A DNA stretch of 64,000 nt, taken from contig NW_027266319.1 of NCBI RefSeq assembly GCF_022045235.1, forward strand, positions 49,662,001-49,726,000. Direction: 5' to 3'. The stretch is from Haliotis cracherodii (lineage: Eukaryota). Position 1 is the stretch's first letter; every line of letters starts with the position of its first letter. Shown piece by piece: positions 37,946 to 50,812 of this stretch. Below the pieces are notes generated by a model. It saw nothing but the letters and a program-made list of their open reading frames with translations. It was not told the origin of the DNA and did no database searches. The position numbers were made by a program, and so were the translations under genes.

Positions 37946-38370
37946 AAACAATGCAAATAGTTATCTATGTAATTACAACAGAATTTATATGTGCCATCAC
38001 AATAATTGCAGATGTTCTGGTAAAATCCAATATTCATAAATTTATAACAGGGCAGACCTAGACCGTCTAACTGACAATCCACACCCCCTCTGGAGTGACA
38101 GCTATATTGCTAATTCAATCAAGCAACAAGTAGCTACTCCAGGGAGCACAGACACTGTATCCCTGGTTAATCTCATGTAAAGGAGACTTTCATCCCACTT
38201 TCACACAGAGCACTCAATGGACAGTCTGGACCCTGCACGGATGCAGGCGCATAGTGACTACCAGACCTCTAAAACTGCAGATTGAAGGTCACATGTTTAC
38301 TCAAGTTATCCCCAAAAAACCACTGGACATTGACCATAATAGGTCTATGCTAAAGTATGGGAGTTATAAC

Positions 38371-38756
38371 CAGGGCTCGATATAGCCATTTATAAAACAT
38401 GCACCAGGGCAACCTATTATTGAACAATGCAATCTAATATTTACGTCTACATACACCAAGTGCATGTACAAATATTCAAATTCTTGTCTGACTTGTCCAC
38501 ATTACATCAATCTTTGAACACACTCAATACCTCTAAGCATTATTTACCATACTACATCACTAATTGCCGTGTTATGTGTAATTCATGACACACGACACTG
38601 TCATCAGGGATCTGATATTTTAATTATTTTGACTAGTTTATGCATCTATGTTCAACTTTGACAAACTTATGGGACCAGGGTGTCTGGTGCAATTAGCTTT
38701 TCTTTGTAAACATGCACCTCATGCAAGTTAAATCAACTTCCCTACATCGAGCCCTG
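38371..38756. mobile_element. MITE with 15-bp TIRs (CAGGGCTCGATATAG / CTACATCGAGCCCTG)
   Basis: 14/15 inverted match; CAGGG termini typical of hAT; TSD unclear. Confidence 0.7.
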
Positions 38757-38847
38757 ATGACAGTCGTAGTGAAAAGGTTGAATGAGGCAAAGGACAATGA
38801 TAGAAACTACAGTTTTCGTCCACTAGTCCTTATAATGATAACATATA

Positions 38848-39117
38848 GTTTGTTTCTTTCTTTCTTTGTTTAACGCTGCACTCAGCAATATTCCAGCTAT
38901 ATGATGGCAGTCTGTAAATAATCGAGTCTGGACCAGACAATCCAGTGGTTGATATCATGAGCATAGATCCACGCAATTGGGATCAATGACATGCATCAAC
39001 CAAGTCAGCAATCCTGACAACCCGATCCTGTTAGTCGCCTCTTACTACAAGCATAGTTGCCTTTTACGGCAAGCATGGGTTGCTGAAGACCTATTTTACC
39101 CCGAATCATCACGGGTC
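38848..39117 (-). mobile_element. Family A non-autonomous retroelement (no tRNA head), full length, inserted into a MITE
   Basis: 5' GACCCGT..., 3' ...GCTGGAATATTGCTGAGTGCAGCGTTAAAC(AAAG)n; TSD ataacatatag/ataacatttag. Confidence 0.85.
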
Positions 39118-39543
39118 ATAACATTTAGCAAAACCTTAACTTAAAAAGGGCAAATTTCTTTTGGTCCTTAGGGCAGTTTGGCAAGGGCTATAGGACTAAT
39201 GCCAGTTTCTAATGCTGCAAGGACCTATCCAATTTCAAACACTGTAATGATACCCGTTTTTTTCATCATCCCCATAAACATCAAGGTGACCACTGATAAA
39301 AAACCCACTGAAACCACCTGTACAAAACCACTTTCTCCCAAGAGGCAACAATTTTAGACTTTTACCCCCAAATTACAACCACAGATAAAGTCATCAAAGA
39401 CTCAGTATCAGTGCAGATGCCAGGGCAGGCAGCCTATCATCACCCAATTGCAACTGTCGACATCTGCTGGAGGAGGATTCTCCTGCCCAAGGTTCCCCAT
39501 GCAGCTGTGTATCTGTCTTATCACTCACTCCTCATGAAGATGT

Positions 39544-39770
39544 AACCCTCAAATTTGAGGTCTTGACATTAGGCTCATCCTGCCTACATCTAATCTCTAC
39601 TGTACAGGCAATGCCACTGATCAATTCAAGCTAACTGCAAATTAAACATAATCTTGAATAAACCCTCAAATTTGAGGTCTTGACATTTGGCTCATCCTGC
39701 CTACATCTAATCTACACTGTACAGGCGATGCCACAGATCAGTTCAAGCTGACAGCAACTGAAACACAAAC
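39544..39770. repeat. Tandem duplication of ~118 bp
   Basis: AACCCTCAAATTTGAGGTCTTGACATT at 39544 and 39662. Confidence 0.85.
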
Positions 39771-40293
39771 CTGACATTTCCTGTGGGTTCACTTGCATGA
39801 CTGTAATGGAACACAGTGACACTGACCCACAGAGGAGTTCATGCTTCCATCTCCATAAACCAGTGGTTGGCATGCAATAGGGTTAACAATGTCAGCCTCT
39901 GGGTCACAGCCCTCCAGACAACATGTCAGGAGATCACAATGAAGGTGAGCTGAGGATTGATGGAGTATTTCATCTGCTCTATCTACTCTAGATAGACTTG
40001 TAACACTACATCTACCATGTTTAACCTAATATGATAATCTCCTCTTACTTCCCATAACAGTGTGTATTAAGCCCAAACTACCTCTCCCCCAAAACACATG
40101 ATTATAGTGTTCAACATTAAGCAGACAATTCTAGTGGTCCTTGTCTGCGGCCTAATGTTAAAATCTACATATTTACGTGGCCCTGTGATTCAAATAATAT
40201 AGAACCCCTCAAGGACTCTAGGACCCCTTAATTTCAAACACTGAGTCAGCCCTTTTCAGGCATGATATGCTTCAGTCATTGAACAAAAAGTGT

Positions 40294-40560
40294 AACCTCG
40301 TGAAGACCGGGTTTAAAATAGGTCTTCAGCAACCCTTGCTTGCCGTAAAAAGGCGACAATAATTGCCGTAAAAAGGCGACAATAATTGTCGTAAGAGGCG
40401 ACTAACAGGATTGGGTGGTCAGGCTCGCTGACTTGGTTGATGCTTGTCATCATATCCCTATTCCGTAGATCGATGCTCATGAAGTCAATCACTAGATTGT
40501 CTGGTCCGGACTTGATTATTTACAGAGCTGGAATACGGCGTTAAACAACAAACAAACAAC
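40294..40560 (+). mobile_element. Family A retroelement, full length, with a triplicated hairpin module
   Basis: Head and (CAAA)n tail; TSD-like aacaaaaagtgta/aacagaaagagta. Confidence 0.85.
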
Positions 40561-41946
40561 AGAAAGAGTAGGTCATTCAAATGAACACTTGAACATATTG
40601 CGACAAATAGGTGGTATCTGTAGAAGTGCCCCCTTTACCTCGAAATTTGTGCTAGTTCAGATCTAGTACATGTAGTGTATAACCGCATACCTCAACAGCT
40701 ATAGGCTCCGCCAAAGGCATCTTCATTGCTTCATTCCATATTTTAGTCCATATAAACATGACCAGAGCAAAAAGTTTTGTCTAAACCCACTTCAGCCTTG
40801 AAGGACATTCTGTCCATTCCACAAACTTTAAACTGGTCATTTACTAAACATTTCAGAACTGACTTTCATTTCCTCATCAATACCAGACAATAAACTGGTC
40901 ATAATATTCATCCTCACTTTCAGACAGTCCCACAGCGGTTATTCCAATATGTCATCCACAGATTTCACAAACGGAATTCCATACTTCATGTAAGTCTCCA
41001 GGGACGACACCGACTACATCAACACCGACTTGGGCAACCATGACACATCTTAATCCCCAAGTTCAACCGATCTTCAGTCCATGTAAACCCTATGTTTATA
41101 ATAGAGTATCACTCACACAAGGTTTAGCCCAACTTAATGTACAGAGCTTAGCACAGAGCCATAAAACACATGAGGGACAGGGTCAATGGTACGTGCATCC
41201 TTCTGCAGTCACTGCATGGACACTGCTGTAGGCAGAGCTGAGTCTGCTGGCATCATTAACACAAGAAACTGGAAAACACTTATCATGCATACAGGAAAGT
41301 GTGCTTTGGTGTAGATATAGCAGATTATCTATGAAGTGTCATCAGGGGGCAGTCGATACTAAACTAACTGGTATACAAGAAACGCATTTTGAACTTTCTA
41401 AGAGCTGGATGTCTATTGGTGATTCCTTGCATAGAGAGATGCTTTATGGCTGATGGTCAGTGGAAGTGGGTGTTGAAGGTCAACAAGACTGGAAATATTG
41501 CTGGCAAGGAATGACAAATGGTTATAAAAATACTTCAAGCGGATTTATTGTTTTCACTCCGATAAACCCATCACAAAAGTTACTTACAGTCTGAAAAATA
41601 TCCAACAGCAACAAATAACATTTAAATAGTTGTTTTTTTGTAAGCCTCACACCTAACAACACCAATCTCAGTTGCATACAAGAATTGTATTAATTTGGCT
41701 CCACGGCATTTAAAAGCAGCCACAGAAAAAAGTGAGACATCAATTATTGATAGCGTTTACATAAATCTAAAGCCGTGATCAACTTACAGGCCGAGCAATC
41801 CACACATTTTCCTGCGACTCACCGTAACGAAACAAAGATGAAAGAAAAGAGATGCAGTAATTTGTGACATACTGGAACAGTGGAGGCATGCAGACACAGA
41901 GACAGTGAAATATTAATATGTTTGTCAGGTACCTATGTTACAATCA

Positions 41947-42457
41947 GTGAGTGAGCGAGTGAGTGAGTGAGACGCTGCTTTTGACAGTATTCCTTTCATA
42001 TGACAGCGAGTCAGCTTACTGTAGGAGGAAAGCCGGAAGTGATGCAAGTATTAGACATTTACAGCTCATGTTGTTACTATATTTGCCTTCATGTTGATCC
42101 CTCAGAGAGATGATAATTGTTGTCACTGTCAATCCTTCACCCACCATATATAATTCTGTACCATGACCATTTTTCAGTCTTGTTTGACAACGGTATAAGG
42201 ATGTACACCTAAACGTCGCTATTACAGTATAATAAATAGTTGTTATCCATAAGTCTACTTTGTCATTCTACTTCTAAGAAATGCCTATCAAACAATTTAC
42301 TTTGGTGAAACCTATGAGCACGGGTATGGTGCTGAAAAATACTAGAAACATAATTGGTGCGAATTGGGTTCCAAACCCACGATCATAGGTTTCTTGCGTG
42401 TCAAAGGGATGTCACTCTGCACAGCAAACTGTGACGACTGGGCCACCTGTGCCCCCC
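41947..42457 (-). mobile_element. Family C SINE interrupted by a ~240-bp insertion (42061-42300)
   Basis: Consensus gacatttaccaccttggtgaaacc is split, with atttac on both sides of the insert. Confidence 0.8.
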
Positions 42458-43056
42458 ATTTTTTTTTCAGTCAGAGCTACTTGATAAACAATTTTCAGAA
42501 AATCCATCATATCCATTCAACGATTTGTGTGTGTGTAAACTGAAGACAAATTATTCAGCATTCTGGGGAAAAGATTACCCCCCAATCCAATAGGACTGAA
42601 ATGGTCTATCTGCCCCTAATGACGGCACATGGCCACAGTGATGGGATTCAGTATCTGGTCCAACAATACCAGTGCAGGCAATGTGGGAGGGAGATAGCAC
42701 ATCCACCAGCCACTGTTACAACAATCGGGTTAATGGAACACAGAGGGGTCTGCTCACAATCTTCCTCCTACATCTCCTATCAGATCATACACATTATCCT
42801 TTTAGTAATCCTCAAATGAAATCTCATGCATCATCAGGAGCTTTTCAGCATAATTCGCAGCACCTGGTTAACGACTGACTCATTTCCTTTCTGGTCCGAA
42901 TTTCTGTGACATGATTCACACATAAGGTTATTTTCTCATATAAGGGAGACACTAATACAACCTCCTCTTTATGTAAATATTTGTCACACAAAGCACCCTC
43001 CATTGGTTCATGCTTTCTAAAATCTATTTGACTTTTACAACTTGCTTGGCTTTGTG

Positions 43057-43285
43057 CTTGTTTGTTTTTTGTTTAGCGCCGCACTCAGCAATATTCCAGC
43101 TATATGACGGTGGTCTCTAAATAATCGAGTCTGGACCAGACAATCCAGCGATTGATACCATGAGCATCCATCCACACACTTGGGATACAATGACATGCAT
43201 CAACCAAGTCAGCGAGCCTGACCATCCTTTAGTCACCTCTTACAACATAGTTGCCTTTTACGGCAAGCATGGGTTGGTCAAGACC
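43057..43285 (-). mobile_element. Family A retroelement, 5'-truncated
   Basis: Homology to the other copies. Confidence 0.8.
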
Positions 43286-43287
43286 AG

Positions 43288-43328
43288 TGAGTGAGTGAGT
43301 GAGTGAGTGAGTGAGTGAGTGAGTGAGT
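43288..43328. repeat. (GAGT)n microsatellite, the expanded tail of a SINE fragment
   Basis: Followed by ggtttaacactgctttgaacagtactccagcta (SINE tail). Confidence 0.85.
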
Positions 43329-46300
43329 GGGGTTTAACACTGCTTTGAACAGTACTCCAGCTATAACATGGCATGTCAACTTGATGTATTTTAATCAAGT
43401 TTTATATAAACAACCACGACCTAGCTCTACTGTGTTTTCAACTGACACCATACATCTCAACACAGTGTCTGTGTGAGGCAAGACTAGCATATCATCTGTG
43501 AAATCTTTTATTACACAGAACAGCTTCTTTTTCTGATGCTGATTTCATATTAGAGCCAGCTAGACTTGAATGTGTATTATCGGTGTTGGTTTCATAAAAT
43601 ACACATATTCAAGAGTCCCGGTGCAGGTGTGAGGCCCGCACACAGGATCTAGATGAAGTGAGTCCCACATCCCTATTGTACCCTCAACTTCCGAGAGGGA
43701 AGGGTACTGAGTGCAGAGCATCTGAAACTACATGATCACAGAGAAGGATCTATTGTCACCCTGTTGTGGGCCTGACATGACCAGGCAGTTTCACCCATCC
43801 CCTACAATCAAAGCTTGACTTTCTGACTTCATGTTTTGACCACATCAAGCACATTTCCTTCCAGGCACGCAGATGAGTACGAAACCTACAGAAACTACTT
43901 ACAACTTCACAAGGCCTCTATTGTCTCTTCTCCCCTTTGATGTGCGATCGTGTACACCATCTTGTGTTTCGAAGTATACGCATGTACTGATGCACAGCGA
44001 AATGCATAAGGTGCAGACAAATCCTTGTGGACATGTGATCCACGTTGTCATTTCTACCATATAATCTGTCATATCTAAAACCTTATGTCTTTCACATGCA
44101 CACACTCAAAGCTTCAAGGAAGTGCATCAAGTTCAGAAAATCCACAGGAGCATACATCAAATTTTGTCATTTCTACCATGAGGTGAAAAATTTGTGGACA
44201 CGCTGCCTCTCAAATTGAACTATGAAATCTGAACACATACATAGACATGAGCAGCCTTTCTCTTGTCATGTCAACCCTCTGTGGCTAGATTAACATCTAG
44301 TCTCTGAAATGAACATATTTTACAGAAAAAAAACAGTTGCTAAATAATAGCTTTAAAATATAATAAAAACGAGCCCAGAGACTTTCTTCATTTTCGGATT
44401 TTCTGATACTTCAGTAATCTAGACATGCCAAACATTATAGACTTGCATGGGCTGTATTGGATATATTTGTTTCAGGATCTGTATGACAGACTACTCTGTT
44501 GTGCCAGCTTGGGAATCTCCAACTCTCCTCCTCAAGGTTAGTCCTACACCACAATTGTGGAATATATTTACTTTACGAAAAACAAATGCAAAGCAAGTCT
44601 AGATAGGAATTTTTTAAATTTATTTTTAGAGTCAAGAAGGATATTATGTAATATAAGATTTCATAGATGTTAGTCTATCTCAAGGTGTGCCAGCTAACAT
44701 GGCTCCTGGTGTGCAGCAGGAACAGACAGACACCACTGACATTGTCAAGTGAAATCAGCCCCACACAGAGGAGGCTGCAGCACCCAGCTGCTGGTGTCTA
44801 TCTCTGCCTCACATCACACTAAACTGACTGACCTCCCACAAGGGCCGGGGCATCATGACAGGTGCTCCCGACTTCAGCTTTCATCTCCTCCAAGCATAAA
44901 CACATACTCAGTGTTTTGAAATGAAGCATGAAAGTGGAGGGGTCCGTGTCATAACCATAATGTTGAAAAGTTGAATATTAAAGAGGTCCCATAGATGCAA
45001 GTCCCACATCAGCAAACCTCAAGGACCCTGGGACTCTGATGAACAGTGCATATTGATGACATAATGCACGATGCATTACTTTAACCTTGAACTTATATTT
45101 AAAACAAATTATGAACGTGCAACTCATTATAAATAAAAAGTACATCATAATCTTGAAAACAACCATTAACATGAATTCAAATTACAATGTCAGCAAGTCC
45201 CAAATAGTTCAACAACAAAATTTACTGAACCAATAAATCATAATAAATAAGAGTATTACTTTTCTGAAATTGTCAGGACTTATGTCATATATTCCAACAT
45301 CGTCATCCACTCGTGTTAGTGGTGTCAGCAGGTAATGCATGAAGCTATTCTCCAGACAAAAGCAGCTAATGGCCAATCAGGTGAAAGGTGATGAGTTAGT
45401 GGACCTGGTGTCTGACAAGCTGCCAGGCTGTCGGAGGGCAGCAGTTGGTAGCAGCTTGGGCACACTTGCCAGTGTGTCTGGCTTCAAAGTCAATATTGTG
45501 GTATGCAGGGCATCTCCAGGAAAACAAGACATTTTGTTTTCCTAATTGTCAGGATAAACAGGCATCATACCGGCCTTCATATCATCGAGGAAGAAATTTA
45601 GTAATGTGTTGTAAGAATGCATACCAGGCTTACACGGAGGTATGTCAACAGGCAAGATATGTCAATCAGACAGATGGAGGCGATATGGGGACAACATTTA
45701 CGGTTTCCTCCAGGATGCAAAATGCGCAAAATCTTCTTGTGCTGCCGTAACATAGTGTTTGTGTCAGAGTCTGAATGCTCTGGTCTGTTGCAGTCAGACA
45801 TGGCTTGCATTCTGGGCTGTGCCATGTTGAAACAAACCCAATGCATGACAAGTTCAGTCAAGCTAGTGTAACAATGTCACTGTATCACTACATCACTGGG
45901 CCATGTTGCAGTGAACTGGTGATGGTAGGGGTCAATCCAAAGCATGACTATCACTGGACACATCTACATCAGATCCTGCACTGCAATCATCCTGACAGGC
46001 CATGAATCATTCAAGTGCCCTCCTGGTACATTGTGTTCAAGTGAGTGAGTGAGTGATGAGAGTATTTCAGTCACATCATAGCACAAACCTCAAAGAACAT
46101 CCTTTCAACACACCATTTTATGCCCACAGTTTACAACCTGTAGAATTCCTGGGTCCTCATTGGGTGTCAAAGTTCACTGATAAAAGTGATAACGGGCACA
46201 GGCCTACCACTTCTTGTAACTGTCCCCAGCATCACCAGTTCACTGAAACCCTCGCATATTGTTCCCAACCCACAAATCAGACCTTTTCCAACAGACAGTT

Positions 46301-47479
46301 TTATCAAAGGTGCTGAAGGGTCAGAAAACATGACAAAAACTCACACAACAGAAGGTCAAAGGGAGATAACTTGCACAACACATTGCAGTGACCTGTACAC
46401 CTGACAACCCCTCCCACCATCAGAACTATCACCATGAAAAGGTGTTCATCAGTCAGTACAAGCCTGCCCTTGTTACCTATGATCTTCAAGCAAATCATCT
46501 TGGTGTTGATCCCATGGCAGCTTGCAAGCTCCACCCATTCAACAAGTGTTCAACGCGTTCCACCATCCGACACCCATGTGCACACCATACTGTCAGACCA
46601 GAACTGTTGCTCCTGTCTCTCATCTCAACAAAAACTCCTCACCAGATACAAACAAAACTTTTTGTCCATATTCCTAAAATAACTGGCATAGAAGCACAAA
46701 ATATGCAGACTTCTGCAAGGTATTTACTCTGGTTTTGATAACCAAGTCTTCATAAACTCATTACCAATGATAAATGACAGTCCTACCATAACGCTTGAAC
46801 AGCCATTGAATATGGATCCATCGAAGAAGATTTAATGTGGAAGAGATCGCACACTACCTTCTTATCAGCAACGCTAGATAATGAAGTATGAGTGACAGGG
46901 CTTATATCCACATAGAACTTGTTTACGATTCTGCAGATCGCTGTGTGTGTAAAACTGTGACCATTGTTTATGGCCTGTTTACCCTTTCCTGATAACAGAA
47001 CTTTCACAACAAACCACAGAGACAGAATCTATATCAACAAACAAAACCTTATACATTTGTATCTTGATAGCATAGATCATCTTCAAAAGACCTTGCCAGT
47101 GTGATTTTCAAGGTTCAAGGCACATGTACATTTTTCACAGGCGTACAAGATGTTCCCGATGTTCCCGATGATGTTCTACAGAATAATTCTGAGGCCTTGC
47201 TTCAAGGTTATCCAATACTCTTTGCTACACAGGACATACATTTGCAGTTCATCAAGTGATGTTAATCAGATCTCAAGTGCAGCAACGTCTGCTGCTTCAA
47301 GTCGGGTTGCACTCTTGCCTCTACAGCTACAACTGATGATAAACATCTAACCCTGAGGATCCACATTTACTTTGAAGATCTGCTACACAAACGTTGGGTT
47401 GCATTTTGTGATGGTGAAACATTTTTATATGACCTGGCAGATAGATGTCTACTTTCCTGTCAGTCTGGGTTACCACAGC

Positions 47480-48125
47480 TCACCGTGGGCAGACCCTCAG
47501 CTCACTTTCAGCTTACCTGGGCAGACCCACAGGACACTCTCAGCTCACCTGGGCACACCCATAGGACACTCTCAGCTCACCTGGGCACACCCACAGGACA
47601 CTCTCAGCTCACCCTGGGCACACCCACAAGACACTCTCAGCTCACCTGGGCACACCCACAGGACACTCTCAGCTCACCCTGGGCACACCCACAGGACACT
47701 CTCAGCTCACCCTGGGCACACCCACAGGACACTCTCAGCTCACCCAGCGGACACCCACAGGACACACTCAGCTCACCCTGGGCACACCCACAAGACACTC
47801 TCAGCTCACCCTGGGCACACCCACAGGACACTCTCAGCTCACCCTGGGCACACCCACAAGACACTCTCAGCTCACCCAGGGCACACCCACAAGACACTCT
47901 CAGCTCACCCAGGGCACACCCACAGGACGCTCTCAGCTCACCCTGGGCACACCCATAGGACACTCTCAGCTCACCCAGGGCACACCCACAAGACACTCTC
48001 AGCTCACCATGGGCACACCCACAAGACACTCTCAGTTCACCCAGGGCACACCCACAGGACACTCTCAGCTCACCCACAGCTCACTCTCAGCAGCTAAACC
48101 AGAGTTCACCCATAGCTCACACTCA
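47480..48125. repeat. 33-bp minisatellite (GGCACACCCACAGGACACTCTCAGCTCACCCTG)n
   Basis: Period 33; explains the repetitive ORFs at 47372-48097. Confidence 0.93.
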
Positions 48126-48880
48126 GGTTACTGAGAGCACACCTTCAGGACTCTGCATGGAGTTCCTCATCTATGTTATACCCCTTCATGGTTCATACCA
48201 GATTCATCTCCATACATGAGATACGAATCTCTTTTCAGTCAGGATTATTCATTCATGGTGACATTTCAACCCTTTAAACATTCAATAAATCAGTAACATA
48301 CAGATCTAAGACTGCTTATCCTTTTCTTGTTGTGACTAAAATGAATTTTTGTTTTACCATCATTTGATTCCTTCCTTTGAGGAACTAAATTAAATCAACA
48401 TGAAACAAAATAAATTCACTTTTGAGGCCACCCCATCACCTCCCACCCAAATAGCTTTCACAAATTTTAAAATGACAAATCTGAACTTTTAGCTTATTGT
48501 AACGTATATTTGAATCTGACACCAGCAGCACCAAAGAACACCTGATTCTTTTGTATTACTAAAATTGATCTGTCATGGCATGATCCCAGACATTTTCAAG
48601 ATCAGACAATACTTAATAATGTAGGCAAAAAAACAAAGGGAATCAGTTTTACTCCCCTTTCTATTCTTTTCTGGATACAATGTCATTTCTAATTTGACAC
48701 CATCTGGCATGACTTTTCTGCATCACAATAAGCTATCCATCTATAACTCACACAACGTAGTCCTTGAGAGGACGGGTACACCACTATAACAGTTGCACAC
48801 ACATACAAACAATGGCCTATTGTGAGTGACAGAGATAACAGTGTCTTTGCCCCGAGGCAGCTAACAGTACGTGTACTCAC

Positions 48881-48964
48881 CAGAAAGCTATGGAAGGATG
48901 CTCCTTGAGAGAGCTTGTAGGAATCACTGGAAGTTTCTTTAATTCACTCTTTGTATCTTCATCA
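48881..48964 (-). CDS. FRMD4A: FRMD4 exon: DEDTKSELKKLPVIPTSSLKEHPSIAFC
   Basis: ttttcag|...|gtgagt; 84 nt, phase 2->2; LKKLP..P...LKEHPS motif of FRMD4. Confidence 0.95.
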
Positions 48965-50553
48965 CTGAAAAAAAATAATAAAAAAATAAGATTTTCAAAT
49001 CATAATATTCAACTGTAGAAATCACAAAATTGAGGGTTATTTTTGTAGGTCAACACTGATAACATGAATGAGCAGTTGGTATACCATGTAGAGTAAGGTA
49101 AATTAGGTCAGCATGGCCATAAGATTAGATCACGCAATTCAAGCACTGTGACAAGGCAATGGATCACATCAACGCAAGATCACAAAAAAACAACTCAATC
49201 ATCTACTTACATCCAGTAATCAATAAATGATCTCAAGACACAATAACAGTAAGTCCTCAGAGACACTGAATGGATTCTGAATTCCTGGACAGAGATAATC
49301 CGGCAGTCCCATCAATCTCAGGTCTACACTGGCCGGTCACAGTGAGGACTCACAGTGAGGACTCGTCCCTCCTGCCTCTATAATCGCTCACACGTGCTGC
49401 TCTGTAGGTCTCGGTCCTAGCAATAACACAAACCCAGCACGCTACAAACCATAACACATTCACATGCACGCATCCGGTTCCTCCTCCACAGCGCAGGGTG
49501 GGGACGCTGGATCCACACAACATATACACTCCATGCGTAGAACCACTGCAGCTGAATCCATCAATCTGTCGATGGTGTCTACATGACGCAACCCTTGCTG
49601 AGAAGCTGAGGCCGGAGTTGTTACAGTCGATGCTGTGATATTGTAGGGCTGCTTCACAAGGAGGCTTGTTCACTGAGGTGGGAGAGGTGGCATCTCCCTG
49701 ATATACAAACACAATCTCCTTCTGTAACCTTCATCACCAAGCACTGCACAACCTCACACACCTTGGTAAAAAGTGAACTATCCCTAACAGCATTTCCCTT
49801 GTATTGTTGGGGCTGTATCATTTTCACCAGAGGTGAACAATTTCTGATTTCTTTGATGAACTGCACAGCTGGTTCAGTGAGGAGAACAATAAAACAACTG
49901 TGTCCAAGTCACATCTGTCGGTCAGCCCATTAATGTCCGCCCTGTGGACTGGACAGGATGACCAGGGCGGGAGGCCATATCACACAAGCACAGCTTCAAA
50001 CGGATGATAAAAGCCACAACTACTGGATAAGGGATATCTGTCTAGGACATAATAGTGTATAATGTGTGTGTTTAGACGGGCATTTTCCCCAACTAACAAA
50101 GTGTTGCCCTGATAAGCATGTAGTGACAAGTGAGACTGAGGCTCTGTGTTTACACATTCCACCTCAGCCTCTATCCATCACTCCATCACTGCCTCGTCCC
50201 ATCAGACATCACAACTATCACAGCAAACATCACCAGTGAAATTAATCACCATCAAACTTATACTGACACAGGAGCATCAAATTAATACAGAACTGAGTAA
50301 AGCTAAAACAAGACCATGAGTTACAGGAAAGGAACTAATCATTCACTGGCAGCAAACTGACCCTGTAAAACACATCCTTAGCAAGCATAAACACCTTGAA
50401 TAGTTAACCTATCATTAATGGGCCAGAGCCTAAAGGCAAATGTATACAGAAAATTGAGTCTCGTTTTCCCTGAGGGATCAGCTAAAATACTTTGGCTGCT
50501 GAAAATAACTGAGGCTGTGTTTTTCAGAACATGTACAAGATTCTACATGCAAG

Positions 50554-50812
50554 AGTGAGTGAGTGAGTTTGGTTTAACGCCGCTTTTACCAGTATTCAAG
50601 TTATATCACGGCGTGTCAGCTTAATCTGAGAGGAAACCCCGAAGTGAAGCCCACATCAGTGAAAGCATGGGTATGGTGCTGACAAACCTAAAAACATAAT
50701 CTGGGCGAACCGGGATTCGGACCCACAATCATAGATTTCTGGCTTGCCTAAGGGACTCAACTCTGCACAGCAAATCACGGCGCCTTAGACGACTGGGCCA
50801 CCCGTGCCCCCT
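50554..50812 (-). mobile_element. Family C SINE (internal deletion)
   Basis: TSD ctacatgcaaga/ctacatggaaga. Confidence 0.86.

Noticed and set aside
39010-39117. Canonical HDV-like ribozyme assignment for the family A head
   Set aside because: CUAA follows a hairpin, as J4/2 follows P4, but the P1/P2/P3 strand order could not be satisfied by hand; kept only as an unclassified structured-RNA candidate.
45300-47010. Cluster of short ORFs, including VEFLG (Gypsy RT-like)
   Set aside because: No continuous frame or additional RT/integrase motifs recognisable; at most a highly decayed TE.
47372-48097. 241-aa and overlapping repetitive ORFs
   Set aside because: By-products of a 33-bp (multiple of 3) minisatellite; open in several frames and both strands, with no splice context.
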